Assembly (NCBI RefSeq): GCF_964188315.1
Contig: NC_135670.1
Coordinates: 62,001 to 126,000, forward strand
Reading direction: 5' to 3'
Length of the DNA: 64,000 nucleotides
Origin: Podarcis muralis
Taxonomy: Eukaryota
Shown here: in pieces, positions 51,791 to 64,000 of the stretch
Layout: every line of letters begins with the position of its first letter
How positions within the stretch are numbered: position 1 is the first letter of the stretch
Position numbers and translations under genes: made by a program
The notes under the pieces: generated by a model
What the model saw: the letters and a program-made list of their open reading frames with translations, nothing else
The model's database searches: none
What the model was told of the DNA's origin: nothing

Positions 51791-52269
51791 CCGCCTTAAG
51801 TTTGGAAGTCACCCAAAGGGGGAAGGCAATTGAAGCAGAAGCCATTGTGCGTGTCCTCCTGTGCTCTGCAGTCACTGATAACTGAGCCAAGCTGAGTGGC
51901 ACTTGACAGGGTGAGGTGGACATCTGGGTAGCATGTATCTAAACATATTAAATTGTACAATGCTCTGCAAGGCAAGAGATTGCAGTGGCCCCCAGTTTGG
52001 AGGACCTTAAAGGGTTTAGATGCATTCACGGAGGTGCACAAGGCCCTCAGTGGCTGCTGGTCCCCCCATAGCTGTGTGCTGCTGTGTCCAGTACAGGAGG
52101 CAGTAAATACCCCCCAACACAAGCTGCTGGGACCCATTGCAAGTGGGGCAGCCCTGCTTGTGGGCTTCCCATAAGAGGCATCTGCAAAAACACAAGGCTG
52201 GACTAGATGGGCACTGAAATACAGAAAGAAAACGGAAATGGAAAAACCAGGGCAGTTAAAAATTAGAAT

Positions 52270-52410
52270 TCACTGGTGTGCAGTGGTTGGTTCCATCCCT
52301 GAGAGCCCAGGGTTCAAATTCCCACTCGGCCAGAAAGCTCCCTGGGCGATGTTGGGCCTGGTCTCAGGCTCTCGGCCTAGCCTACCTCACAGGGTTGTGA
52401 AGATAGTTTG
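52270..52410 (+). mobile_element. tRNA-derived SINE with L2/MIR-like tail; similar copy on minus at about 48850-48980, MIR-core-like relic at about 36425-36510
   Basis: GGGTTCAAATTCCCACTCGGCC B-box and CCTACCTCACAGGGTTGTGAAGATA tail. Confidence 0.65.
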
Positions 52411-55134
52411 TAGAGGGGGAGAGCACCCCCTTGAGTTCCCCAGAGGAAAGGTGGAATATTACATGGAAATACATAATAAAACACACAAATGTGGGAGCAC
52501 AAACGCGTTTTGTGAAAGATACCCAGAGGTGGTGAATATGGATGCGCTCCCAAGCAGAGAGAGAAGGTGGCTCCATAAGACAGTTCAGCCTCCACACTAT
52601 AATCAGAAGGCAAGAACATTCAAACTGCTGGAACTGACAATCATCAAGGAGCACATGGAGAACCTCCAGCCAGCCAACACCTGGGCGGACAGGTGAGTTT
52701 TAAGGAGGCACCAGAAACTGGACCACAGTTGAGGCCCCCTTACTTCCTGCAAGGGTGGTGGTGCTTGGGGGAACTCTAAGGGGAGCCTAGGTCCAGCTGC
52801 CTGCCCCCCCCCCTTGCTGGGGGTAAATTAAAGGGTGGGCCAAGAGCTGGGCAACGTGGCAAGTGGGGCCACAGGCCAGGGAAAGAGTCTGCAGGGGAAG
52901 ACCTTGCTCAGGCTCTGACCTCACAATCGACTGCAGAATCAGGAATGTCTGCTTCCCAGGTGAGCCGTTTGCCAGGATCCTCAGATCAGTTGGAAGCACA
53001 GACAACAGTCGCCTTCGGATCAGTTGACATTGCAGACGTCTGCTTGCTATTTTTTACCATTTAAATTCTGATTAATACAGAAAAGAAACAGTGTTGAAGA
53101 TGTAATATGTCTGCATATCCTTTGCAGGTAGGTGGGGGAAATAGTTCTGTTTTGTTTTTAAATAAATTGGTTAGTAAGTTTTATGTTCAATAAACATACT
53201 GGGTTTTCCACTCTTGTTTAGCGGAAACTCTGAAAAGTTGTCCCGGTTATTCTCTGGGGAGGAACCTCCGAAACCACCTTAGGCTGAGTTAGACTGCTGG
53301 TCCATCTCTCTCCATATTGCCTGCACTGACTGGCAGCAGCTCTCCAGGGTAAGGAGACTCACTCCCAGCCCTTCCTGGAGATGCTGCCGGTGGGACCTTC
53401 TGCATGCTAAGGAGCTGCTCTGCCACTGAGCCACCTGCCTCCTGCCCCCACAGCATCCCCAAAGTCTCACAAGAGTGTGATGCAAATCTTGACCATTAAA
53501 AGCCTTAAATTGGGGCCCAGGCTGAAGAGCTACAGCACAGTCTGCATCTAGGGGCCCAGTTTACCCTACTCCTGAGTAATGGGTCTATCCATGAGGAATC
53601 AATCCCTGAAATGGCTCCATTGTTAAGGATAATGGTTTAATTTCCTGAAATGGGAATGTTTGCTTAGGTGGATTTGCTGTGTATTTTTTAACATGGGGTT
53701 TTGCCTTTGGCCATAGCTCTCTCTCGTGATTGGCTAACTGTAAGTCACATGGGAAAGGCATTCCATTCTGTTGTGACTGTTATTCCAGCAACTGTCATTT
53801 TTTTAACTGCCTTTTCTGTTCTTCTCTGTGTGTGAGGGAGAATGGCTGCTAGAGAAAGGTTTCTTCATGCTGCTGAGTGCCTGTCAGGGTGATCTGCCTG
53901 AAGTCAAGCAGACAGGAAGATCCCGAAATGTTAACAGGGAGAATCCTGTGCAGGATCTCTCTATAAGAAACAAAGTGAATACTGCTGAGGTGAAAGTGAA
54001 AACCTTTATAAGAAGCTGTAAAGCCTGCGTGAGGTAAAACTTGGGTGCAAGTCTCAAGACAGTTTTGCTTATAAGTCTAACTAAGACTTCAATCTACAAT
54101 TCAACTGAGAACATACCCACGTTTGAATAAGCACGAGATAGTAAATATATTCTTCTCAGTTAATTGTTTTTGAAAGCAAAGTTCTTTTGAATATAAAGAG
54201 TCTGGACATGGTATAGTCTTTACTAAGAAGCTATAAATCACCAACAGAGAGTTATTTAGCTTCCTAGCTGCCACTTTGCATATCATTAAATTTTATTTTT
54301 TCCCCACATAACACCCACCACCTGCAGGGTCTCCCTCTTGGACCTTCCTGGGGGCACATCTGTGATAACTGAGTGTCCCATTGTGGCCATATGGTGCCCC
54401 CACCTGGAAAGCCCCCCATGGCAGAAGGACATTCCCCCCGAGGTCCTGAAATGGGGGGGGGGGGGGAGCAGCAGCAGCAGATTTCCTCAAAAACTTACTG
54501 TGCCTTGCAGACAGAAGGGCACCAGCACCCCCAGGGTTTAGAAAGGGTGCTAGTCCTCATGAGCCCCAGGCAGGGGAGGCTGCACAGGATTTCCTGCAGC
54601 CCTGGAGTCAGTCAGGGTGGGCAGAACAGAGGCAGACAGGCGCAGAGCGTCCAAGGCGGTGCAAGGCGGCAGTCCTGGGCTGTTCTGCATGGGGCGGACT
54701 CCTTCCCCCTGGAAACCCCCAGGAAGGTGGATTTATGAGCAGCTGCTGTTGGCGCACTGTCCACCAGGGGGCGCCATTGCCTATGGTTTGGGGAGCAGGT
54801 CCCAAGAACGTGCCTCGTTTATGGGCTTCATGGTGGGAGGACTGGTCCAACTTTATTCACTCACATTTTACCGGGGAAAGTGGGCGGCGGGACAGGATGT
54901 CCCCCCTGTTTGCAACCCGCCCCTCTTTTCCCTCTGATCCGCAAAAGCTGCCTGGACCAGGACAGGTGTGGACGCTCCTCGGGGTTTGGTTTCCACGGAC
55001 GGATTTTCCCTCCAGGTTCGGCAGACGGGGGGGGGGGGGAGGCTCCACCACTTCGCAGCGTAGAGTCAAACTATGGAACTCGAGGCCACAAGGTTTCAAG
55101 ACAGCATCAAAGCGGGATCACGCAGAGGGCGGGG

Positions 55135-55291
55135 TAGGGCTGCCATACGTCCGGAATTTCCCGGGCACACGGGTTCGTCCGTCGGAAATAGCATATACCA
55201 ACCCATGTCTGAAAGTTGGGGTTTTGTTTTTTGAGAATTTCGAAAAAATAGTTTTAAAACAATTTTCACTCGTTGAAATATGGCAGCCCTA
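55135..55291. mobile_element. MITE with perfect 13-bp TIR TAGGGCTGCCATA
   Basis: TAGGGCTGCCATA 55135-55147 and TATGGCAGCCCTA 55279-55291; no clear TSD. Confidence 0.7.
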
Positions 55292-55636
55292 AGTGGCCAC
55301 GCATTGTGACGGCTGAGCACAAGCTCCACGTTCAGGAGCAGTCTACCTTTGCACCCCATGTGTTGGAGAGCAGCCGCAGGAGAGAGCTGCTGCCCTTGCC
55401 CTCGGGCTCTGCCTGCCGGCTTCCCAGATGCCCCCTCCCTCCTTGAGCCTGATCCAGCTCTGGGCTCTTTCGGTGGTCCTTCTGAGCCTGCTCCGCATTA
55501 CTTCCCCCTGCAGTCCCTCTGGCTACCTCGACACCATACGGTGAAAGCGCATCCCCCTCCCCCAAAAAATGAATTCTGGGAACTGTAGGGTTTTTTAAAA
55601 AGGGGGGGGGGGTTGGGAACTAGCTAGTTAGCCAGA

Positions 55637-55731
55637 GGAGAATACAGGTTCCTATCTAAATTCAAAGCCCTTCCCGGGATTCTCTGCAGGAAGCCAAGGG
55701 CTTTGAATTTAGATAGGAACCTGTATTCTCC
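55637..55731. repeat. Perfect 36-bp inverted repeat with 23-nt spacer
   Basis: GGAGAATACAGGTTCCTATCTAAATTCAAAGCCCTT (55637-55672) is the exact reverse complement of 55696-55731. Confidence 0.97.
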
Positions 55732-56449
55732 CCTCCAAATTTAGTCCCGTTTTCGTCCCGTGGTGAATGAATGGAGAGGAGGCAGAGCGGGGAAGGAGCT
55801 GAGGCGCAGGTTCAGAAATTCATCGCGGGGTGGGGGCGGGGGGAATATGGGGGGCACGTCCCAGAAAGTGAACGGGATCAGCTGGTCCGCCAGGGGGACA
55901 GAAGCTGCCCCCCCCCCCGGTTGAGGGCTGCCCTTCACTGGAGGTATTTGAAGCAGAGCCACTGGCTGGACTCGCAAGATTCCTGCGTTGAGGTGGGAGA
56001 GGTTGAGCGGATGACCTCTTGGGTCATCCAAGGAACAGCGCATTGGATCGACACACGCACAAACCGCCCCGTGTACCGGGCGCTACCAGTTGTCAGAGGC
56101 TCGCAATTTCCTCTCCTCTCCAGATTTCTTGGCCACCCCCTGCATCTGAAGCAAGAGGAGGCAGGAAGGGCTCTTCCCTTCTCTTGGCCTTGGAATCCTA
56201 GAATCTCAGGGTTAGAAGGGATCCCAAGGGTCATCCAGTCCAACCCCGAGCAACGCAGGAAGCACCGCTGCCCTGCCCGTGACAGGTGGCCATCCAGCCT
56301 CTGCTTAAAAACTGCCGAGGAATGTGGGAGCCCCTTCTCGTGTGGAACTGCTCTTACTACCGGGAAGGTCTTCCTAATGTCGGGATCTCCTTCCTTGCCA
56401 CTGGAGTCGGGGTCCTGCCCTCTGGAGCAGCTGGCTCCGTCTCCCCTGG

Positions 56450-56699
56450 GGCAGCTCCTCTGGCATTTGCTGCTGGGCTTCGCGCTGCTCCTTCGTCCGC
56501 CTTCCCTCGAGTGGGGGGGGGGAGGGATTAAGGCCAGCCCCCTCCCCCCCTCCTCCTCCTCCCGGCCAGTATGAATAGCGGTGCTGTTGCGCCGGGGCGC
56601 TTGTTCGCTGCCCAGCACCGCCCGCCTAGCTCCGGGACTCCGCCTGCTTCTCGCTCTCGCCTCGATCTCGCTGCCGTCCAGCCCGGCTCCCCGGCGGCC
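56450..56699 (+). promoter_or_regulatory. NES proximal promoter and 5-prime UTR, CpG island with TATA-like TATGAATA at 56570-56577
   Basis: C-rich Sp/KLF-like tract followed by TATGAATA about 130 nt upstream of the ATG; CpG island continues through exon 1. Confidence 0.6.
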
Positions 56700-59600
56700 A
56701 TGGAGGCGTTCGTGGGCTCTCGCGCCTTGGGCGAGGAGTCCCTGCAGATGTGGGACCTCAACAAGCGGCTGGAGGCTTACCTGTCGCGCGTGAAGCACCT
56801 GGAGGAGGAGAACGAGGGGCTGCGCGCCGAGGTGCAGGGCTTGCGCCTGAGCCCCGTCGAGGGCTCGTGGCGGGCGCGCTACGAGGGCGAGGTGGCGGCG
56901 CTGAGGGCCACCCTGGAGCAGGCTTTCCGCGACAAGGCGTCGGCCGAGCTGGCCCGGGACGCGCTGCGCGACGAGGTGCAGCAGGCGACGGGCCGGTGCC
57001 AGCGGGAGCGGGCGGCCCGCGACGAGGCCAAGAGGATGCTGTCGCGGAGCAGGAAGGAGCTGGAGGAGGAGCGCCGGGCGCAGCTGTGGCTCCGCGAGAA
57101 GGCGGCGCAGCTGGAGCAGGAGGTGCGGGCGCTGGACGAGGCGCACCGGGACGAGAAGGCGGCGCTGGGCCAGGAGGCGGCCGGCGGCGTGGGGAGCCTG
57201 CAGAGCGGCCGGCGCGGCGCCCCGACGGCCGAGGGCTGCTTCCAGCCCGCCGAGGTGGAGGACTACGCGCAGCGCCTCTCCAGCATCTGGAAGGGGGCCG
57301 CCGAGACCTACAAGGCGGAGGTCTGGCAGCTGGAGGCCGCCCTGGGCGAGGCCAAGGAGAAGCTCTGGAGAGCCGCCGAGGGCAACCGGCAGGGCCAGCT
57401 GCGCCTCCAGCAGCTGGAGAAGGAGCTGGCCGGCCTGAAGATCCGCAAGGAGGTCCTGGAGGAGAGCTTGGCGCAGCAGTGGCAGCAGCAGCACGGCGAG
57501 GCCGGCCAGCTCCAGGTGGGTCAGCAGGAGGGCGGGGCGGGGCGGCCCTCCAGTGCACTGCATGGCCCTTGGGGGTCCCTTCCGACCCCATGGTTCCAGG
57601 TGCAGCTTGTGCGAGTTGGGGGCAGAGACCCCCTCTGCTTGGAAAGGCACCCGAGGAGCGGCAGCAGCAGCGAGAAAACTGCCAGGCGGCTCCTCTGGTG
57701 TCCTAGTGACCCGCCCACTAGGGAACAGAGTGGAGATGTTGGGTAGATGGGGCGGCCTGTGGGTTTTATCTGCTCATGAGTCCAAGAGGGTTGAAGCCAA
57801 GCCTGGTCACTGAGGGAAGGGGATTCATAGAGCAATAGAGTTAGGCCCTCAAGTGTCATCAGGCCCACCCCCTGCAACGCAGGAATCCCCAAGAGGGGGC
57901 CATCTCAGCTCTGCTTAAAAACATCCAGCACAGGAGAGCCCGTCACCTTCCAAGGGGGTCTGTTCAACATGCAGGACATTGCGCCTGGGCCCGTCTGGGT
58001 GGGGGTCTCCATGCCAGACTCCCTACTCTGGGCGTGCAGGAAGAGGGGGGATCCCAAGAGTCTGCGTCTGTGCCAGGGGGTGGGAGGGGCAAAGCTTTGG
58101 CTTTTCCCAGGACAAGAAAACTCCCATTTTACCTTGGACCCTTTTACACATGCCTGGCCCTGGCTGGGGGGAATAAGAGCCTTCTCTCTTTCCTATCTGC
58201 ATCAGCTTTCTAGACTGCTGCTGCTTCTTTTCAAAATATTCTCATTTGTGCTGGACCTCTGGTCTGTCCTGGGGTGGGTTTCACTTCTACTCCAGTTTGT
58301 ATGCTGTTCGCGGGGAGGGTCTCTGCCTAAATGGTCCCTCTCCACACCTGTGGAGGAGTTTTAGGGCCCCCTCACTGCTCCCTCCGTGGCATGAGAGACT
58401 ATAAGGTCCAGCTGGCCAAAGGGGGTCTGCCTCATCCAGCCGCCTGTCTTCAGAGTGGCTGCCCAGCTGCCCATCATTCCTGAACTGAATGACCCTTTGC
58501 GCCACTTCTGACTCCACCATTCTGTGATTTGTGCCTCTTTTGTGGTTTGTGTGCTGCTGTGGGCTTGGACTCCAGGTGTGGAATCAGGGAGAGATTTGGG
58601 GCAAGGAGGGGTGTGGGGAAAGGAAGGCAGGGAGTTTGTGGTTCAGGAGGAGGATTGGGATTTGTGCAAATTCTTGCTCACTTGGAAAGAGAGAGGGGTG
58701 GTTTTGGAGACAGCCAGGAAGGGGCAGTGTGGAACTTCGGGTCCTCAGATATTGCTGGCCACCTGCTCCCTTCAGCCTTGACAATGGGTCATGCTGGGGG
58801 GAGAGGAAGCTTCAGCTGACCACATGGGGGGGGGGAAACTAAAGGTCCCCCATGTAAGTTCTTTGGGGAAGCCTTTCTCCATTTCCCCCTTCAGCAGGCC
58901 CAAGTGATGCTGTGCTGCAAGGCGCCGTGTCAGGTTGTCACAAAGCAGACCCTGGAAGGATCATAGAATCCTAGAATTGTCAGGTTGGAAGGGACCTCAG
59001 GGGTCATTTAGTCCACCCCCTGGCTGATGTCCCCTGGAGAAGGGTGTCTCCTGAGCCAAAACACCCAGAGGAAACGCTCTCCCTGCTGCCACGCCCGTCA
59101 TCCTGGTGGGCACCATGAGATTATCTGTACTTCCTGCATTGCAGGGGGGTTGGACCCTTGGGGCTCTATGGGAGGTGGAGGTTCCTCTGGCAATTCCCAG
59201 GCCAGGGCCAGGAGCCGTGTCCTCCCCTCCAGTCCGCCTGCCGTCGGGGCCCTTCCGTGAGCTGAGGGATCCCATTGGCTGACAGACGCCTCGGTCTCTC
59301 CTCTGCCTCAACAGCTGGCCATCGAGTCCCTGGAGGAGGAGAAGCAGTCCCTGAGAGTCCAGATCGCCCAGGTCCTGGAGGAGCGCCAGCAGCTGATGCA
59401 TCTCAAGATGTCCCTCAGCCTGGAAGTGGCCACCTACCGGTGAGAGAGCTCATTGCCCCAGGGGCTACTCTGGGAAGGGTGGGGGCCACGTGATGCCTGG
59501 GGGGTGCGACACAGGAGCAGCCTGGCCCTCTGGCCTCTTCCCGCCCTGGCTTTGTTCCTTGAGTGAACTTCAAAAGAGCCCTGTAGCTGGATCCAGCCAA

Positions 59601-62600
59601 AGGTGGGCCATCTCGTCCAGCCTCCTGTCCTCACAGGGGCCAAATGCCCCAAAGAGCTTGGGAAGTTAGATAGACTGCCTCTGGAGCTGGAGGTTCCATA
59701 AGGACCACAGAAGATCCTGGCTGCTGGGTCAGGCCAAAGGGAGCCCGTCTAGTCCAGCCGTCCATCCTCGCAATGGACAACCAGATGCCTTTTTGGGGAA
59801 ACCTGCAAGTAGGATCCAAGCGCAAGAGCAACCCTCTTCCCGCCTGTGGATTCCAGCAACTGGGATTTAGATGCACTGCTGCCTCTACGGAGGCAGAGCA
59901 GAGCCAGCAGGGCTGGTAGCCATTGGCAGCCTTCTTTTCCTCCTGAAATTTGCCCGATCCACTTTCGAACTGCTAGGTTGGCAGGAGCAGGGACCGAGCA
60001 ACGGGAGCTGACCCTGTGGTGGGGATTCGAACTGCCCTTCTGATCGGCAGGCCCAAGAGGCTCAGTGGTTTAACCCACAGCGCCACCCCCGACTAACCCT
60101 TGCTAAAAAAGCAATACAGCTCTTTTTAAAAAAAAAAAGAAAAAGAAGGGGGCAGCAGCAACTCTCCCCTCCTCCTTTCCAGAGACCCTTCCCCATTTTG
60201 ATTGATTTAATTGATTTCTACAGCTCTGTGATTCTGTGGTTTATTTCTACACCACTTTCCATTCAAGCGAATCCCAAAGCAGCTGATAAACAACAATAAC
60301 TTAACAGGACATCACAAGTGCAACATAAATAACAAATAATCAGTAAAAGAATTTTGATCTATAAAACTACACTAAAACACCAGCAACTAAAATAACAACA
60401 CAACAACAACAACAACAACAATAACAAAGGCAAGCATCCCAATTACAACATAAGTCACATTATATGATTAACAAATAACCAATAAGGCATTTATGATCCA
60501 AAAAGCAATATTAACAAAACAGCAACTAAAAAACCCCCCTTTCTTCACCACTTGTTCCTGTATAGGCAGAAGCAGACTCTCCCAGGCGTCCCCTCTAACT
60601 CTCCCCAGTTTGGTGAAGCGTCTGGGCTTTGGCACCCTGCTTTCCTGGCTGTGTTCTGGGTGCCCCCCCAAAGGGGAAGGAAGAGGGACCCCCAAAAAAC
60701 ACCCACAGCCCCTTCTCTTCATCCCTGTGGCCTGCTTTCTCTTCTCCCTCTACCCCCAGAGACCCCTCCTCTTCCTGGGAACTGGGCTCTGGTTCACAAG
60801 CCCCCTCCCCGCATGGCTCCTCCAGGACAAAAGTGGGCTGGCCGCTGAGGGGGTTCAGCACCGCCATTAGCATGAGAAAGGGGGGCCCTGCCTGGGAGGA
60901 GGAGGAGGAGGCGGCAGAGGCTGCCCATGACATCACCCCAATGGGCCCCAAGTGCAGCTGCAAAGGATGGCAGAGCAAGGTTTCACACCCCTCTGTGTGG
61001 CTGGGAATAACTCTCTTAAGGGGCTCAAAAATCTCCTGGCGTGTTTTAAGTGATGAGGTGGGGGCTTTGCAGGCTCCACGCCTCCCCAGGCACTGCAGCA
61101 GTTGGTGGCTTCTTTTGCTAGAAGACTCAGGTCAGATAAAAGAAAGGGCTTCCCCACCCTGTATAAACTGTGAGACTCTCTTCCACAAGAGGCGGGGGGG
61201 GGGCGGCGGCGTCAGCCTGGGTGGCTTTAAAAGCAGGTTGGACAAGTTCATGGAGGAGGAGAGGTCTCTTGACGGCTGCCAGCCTTGAGGTCTAAGCTCT
61301 GCCTCCACAGCTGGAGGCAAAAACGCATCTGAATCCCAGAAGCTGGAAATGGCAGGAGGGGAGAACATGCTCTTGGGCTGGGATCCCGCTTGCGGGTTCC
61401 CCATGGAGGCATCTGCTTGACCACTGGAGGAGGAGGAGGCTGGGCTGGCTGGGCCAGGGGCCGGAGGTTCTGATGGCCTTCCTCTGTCCCCTCTAAAATG
61501 GGTTCTGTGCGAGAACAAATCTTGAAGGGTTCGGTTCAATGGAGGGGGAAGAGGTGCCCTGGCTCTGGGGTGAGAAAGGCCACCCTTTGCAGGCCAAAGG
61601 TCCAAGGCGCCATGGCCAGCCTCTCCCGACAGGGCTGGGGAGAGGCTCCCTGCCTGAAATCCTGCAGAGCAGCTGCTGCCCGTCAGGGCCAAGGGAAGTC
61701 AGCTAGATGGGCCTGGGATATTGAAGAAGCTTGCAGAGCCCCCGTTGCAGGCCAGGGCCCTGTCTTCTCCCCAGAGACCCCACAAACCAACCAGCCCCTC
61801 TCCCACGTTTCTTTCCAGGACCCTCCTGGAGGCTGAGAGTACCAGGCTGCAGATCCCGGCTGGCGACTTCAAACTGATCAGTGGCATCAGAGGTATGTAT
61901 AAGAGGGACAGAGAGAGAGAGAGATGGAGGGAGAATGATCGGAAGGGCAATAATCCCATGGAAGAAAAGAGGCTTATTAGGACTGTAGAGCTGGAAGGGA
62001 ACCCCAAGGGTCATCTAGTCCAACCCCACTGGAATGCAGGGATCACAAGCTACAGAAATGTTTTGTGTCTCTGTTCTTTCTACAGATGGGAAGCTGGAGC
62101 TGAGCAACGGCCTGTCCCTGGACAGAGGCCCCCTGGGCCCCCGAGACCCCTGGCTGAGCCCAGCCACCTTCCCAAAGGCCAGCGCAAAGCCCCGGTCGCC
62201 CAGGGGCCAGAATGAGTCCTCAGCAGGCAGCTTCACTTCCTCTGCGCCCCCCAAGAGCAAAAGCCCCTTGGCCAGGGATTTCCAGAAGGCCAGCACCATC
62301 CTCCCGGACCCCTCCGCCATAAGTTTTGAGGACCCCTTGCCAGCCAAAGACGTCCTGGCACCCGTCGACCTGCCCGCTTTTGAGCAGACTGAGGTCTGGA
62401 GGGCCACCCAAATCACAGCTGTCTCCCAGTCGCTCTTGCACGAGTCCCTTCCACCTTTCGACACTGCGGCTCCTGACGGCTTGGAAGAATCCAGCTTGGG
62501 CACCGAGCAGAGACTCCAGGTGGACGGAGCCATGAGGGGTGGCAGAGAGACTGAAGCAGGAGAGAAGGAAGGACTTTGTGAGGAGGAGGAGGAGGAAGAG

Positions 62601-64000
62601 GAGGAGGAAGAGCAAGAAGAGGAGTGTCTCAGCAATGAGCCAGCAGTGGAGGCCACGACCCAGAACGGTCCTTACCCTGACCGGCTGGTTACAGAAGCAG
62701 TGGAAATCGCACTCAAAGTAGTCAACGCGGCAGATGTCCGGCCAGAGACTGGCTTCCTTGAGGGCTCTGACTTCCCAAACGGCCTCCCTCTGGACGGCTC
62801 TCCCCCCTTAGAAGATGAAGGCAGAGCGGACTCTCCTCCCAGTACAGAGTTGGTGAAAGAAGCTGCAGAGAAAGTGCTGAAAGAGCACACTGGGGACACT
62901 CCGCCAGGGGCAGACCTTATGTGGGGCAACCGAGGCTCTGAAGAGCCCACAGAGGTGAACGGCAGCCCCAGTGAGGCCTGCACAGAGGAGCATGAAGGAG
63001 AGACTCAGGGGGCTCTGGCAACAGACCCCCCAACTCCACAAGAAATGGGGTTGCCGGAGGTAGAAGGGGAGGCCGGGGAAACTGCAGACAGAGTCCCGGT
63101 CACCGGGAGGATCGAGGCCTACCAGGAAGTGGTGCCTCTGGGAGAGGAAGGCGAGGAGCCCCCGCCATCATGTAGCAGAGAGCAGGGGGGGCACGGCAGT
63201 GAGGAGGTGCCCGAGTGCCCAGAAGGGGCAGGTGCCCTGGGCAAAGATGTGGCTGTGGCGGTGAGGGAGGGGAAGGAGAGCTGGGACCCTGGCGCCAGCA
63301 GCCCCCCAGAGGAGCAGGCAGGTGCCACGGGAGGGTACCTGGAGGAAGCGGAAGACCTGGAGGTGGTGAGCACAGAAGCCCTGCACCTGTCGGAGGATGA
63401 GGAAAGGAGGGAGCTGTGGAGCCCCTCTAAGGAGAACGAGGAGGAGGACTTGCAGGCGCTGGAGGGGGAGCTCCTGCAGGCAGAAGAGTGTGTTGCTTGT
63501 GAGAACGTGGCACCACTGAGCCACGTGGCGGCAGAGAGTTGCTCAGAGCAACCCTTTCTTCAGCTGGAGCAGGCACAGCTCCAGGCACCAGGAGCCCCTC
63601 CGGAAGGGATGGATTTGGCCCTGCGGGAGGGAGAGGTGGGAGAGGCATCCCAGGAACCTGACGCCGTTCCTGTGGAGGAGACCCCCTTGGCGGAAGAAAA
63701 CTCAGTAAGGGAGGAAGGAGAGAACATGGAAGGGGAGCCCAGAATGGTGGAAAGCACAAGGGATGCTGAGGGGGGCAAAGAGAGGGGGGAGGAGGGGGAG
63801 GACACCCCCAGGCCCCCGAGAGAGGATGGGTTGGGGAATGAAGATGCCAGGGAGAAGCAGGGCTTCTCAGACACGGAGCCTGTCTGCTCCCAAGAGATGG
63901 AGGTTGCCTTGCGAGGCGAGGGTGTCCCGGGGCAAGGGCAGATCTCCAAGGCAGAGGAGCAGGATGTGGCAGGAGATGCTTCGGAGGAGCAGCAGCAGCA
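56700..64000 (+). CDS. NES: Nestin (type VI intermediate filament), 3-prime partial. Exons: 56700-57515, 59315-59439, 61819-61892, 62086 to window end
   Basis: Very short head then EESLQMWDLNKRLEAYLSRVKHLEEEN; coil end LKMSLSLEVATYR/TLLEAE; exon sizes 125 and 74; long acidic tail exon open to position 64000 (DLEVVSTEALHL..ELWSP). Confidence 0.96.
59962..60090 (-). mobile_element. Sauria/Squam1 SINE, 5-prime part only
   Basis: Close similarity to the 5-prime half of the copies at 19066-19423 and 34771-35105. Confidence 0.85.
60820..60940 (+). promoter_or_regulatory. Candidate nestin intron-2 neural enhancer core (SOX + POU sites)
   Basis: GACAAAAG 60826-60833 and ATTAGCAT(GAGAA) 60866-60878 in intron 2, the motif pair I recall from the rodent Nes intron-2 enhancer core. 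Confidence 0.65.

Noticed and set aside
55935-57650. 571-aa minus-strand ORF
   Set aside because: Antisense shadow of GC-rich NES exon 1 plus CR1 sequence.
60854-60862. REST RE1 site in NES intron 2
   Set aside because: Only the left half-site TTCAGCACC is present, so it is not called a functional RE1.

Overview
Vertebrate genomic DNA, GC-rich and dense in repeats. The Sauria/Squam1 SINEs, Bov-B pieces and CR1 tails point to a squamate, probably a lacertid lizard (inference). It is homologous to human 1q23.1. Four spliced genes were reconstructed by hand from splice sites and protein recognition: a DAPK2-like Ca2+/calmodulin-regulated kinase (minus, 12 coding exons, about 412 aa minimal model, one exon cut by a 133-N gap), PRCC (minus, 7 exons, 485 aa), HDGF (plus, 6 exons, 260 aa, head-to-head with PRCC) and nestin NES (plus, 4 exons, runs off the right edge). 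A signal-peptide first exon at 5395-5509 (minus) resembles the INSR/IGF1R/INSRR family. Main points of interest: the kinase appears to be the 1q23-type DAPK paralogue that human lacks, with a PEF-to-PQY change; a 67-unit 32-bp intronic minisatellite presents a splice-donor-like motif in every unit; the SOX+POU core of the nestin intron-2 enhancer is recognisable; the gene order differs from human; and there are several informative transposon structures (mini Bov-B with target-site duplication, inverted Penelope-like hammerhead relics, foldback MITEs, a perfect 36-bp palindrome). No database searches were run; family assignments come from remembered consensus sequences.
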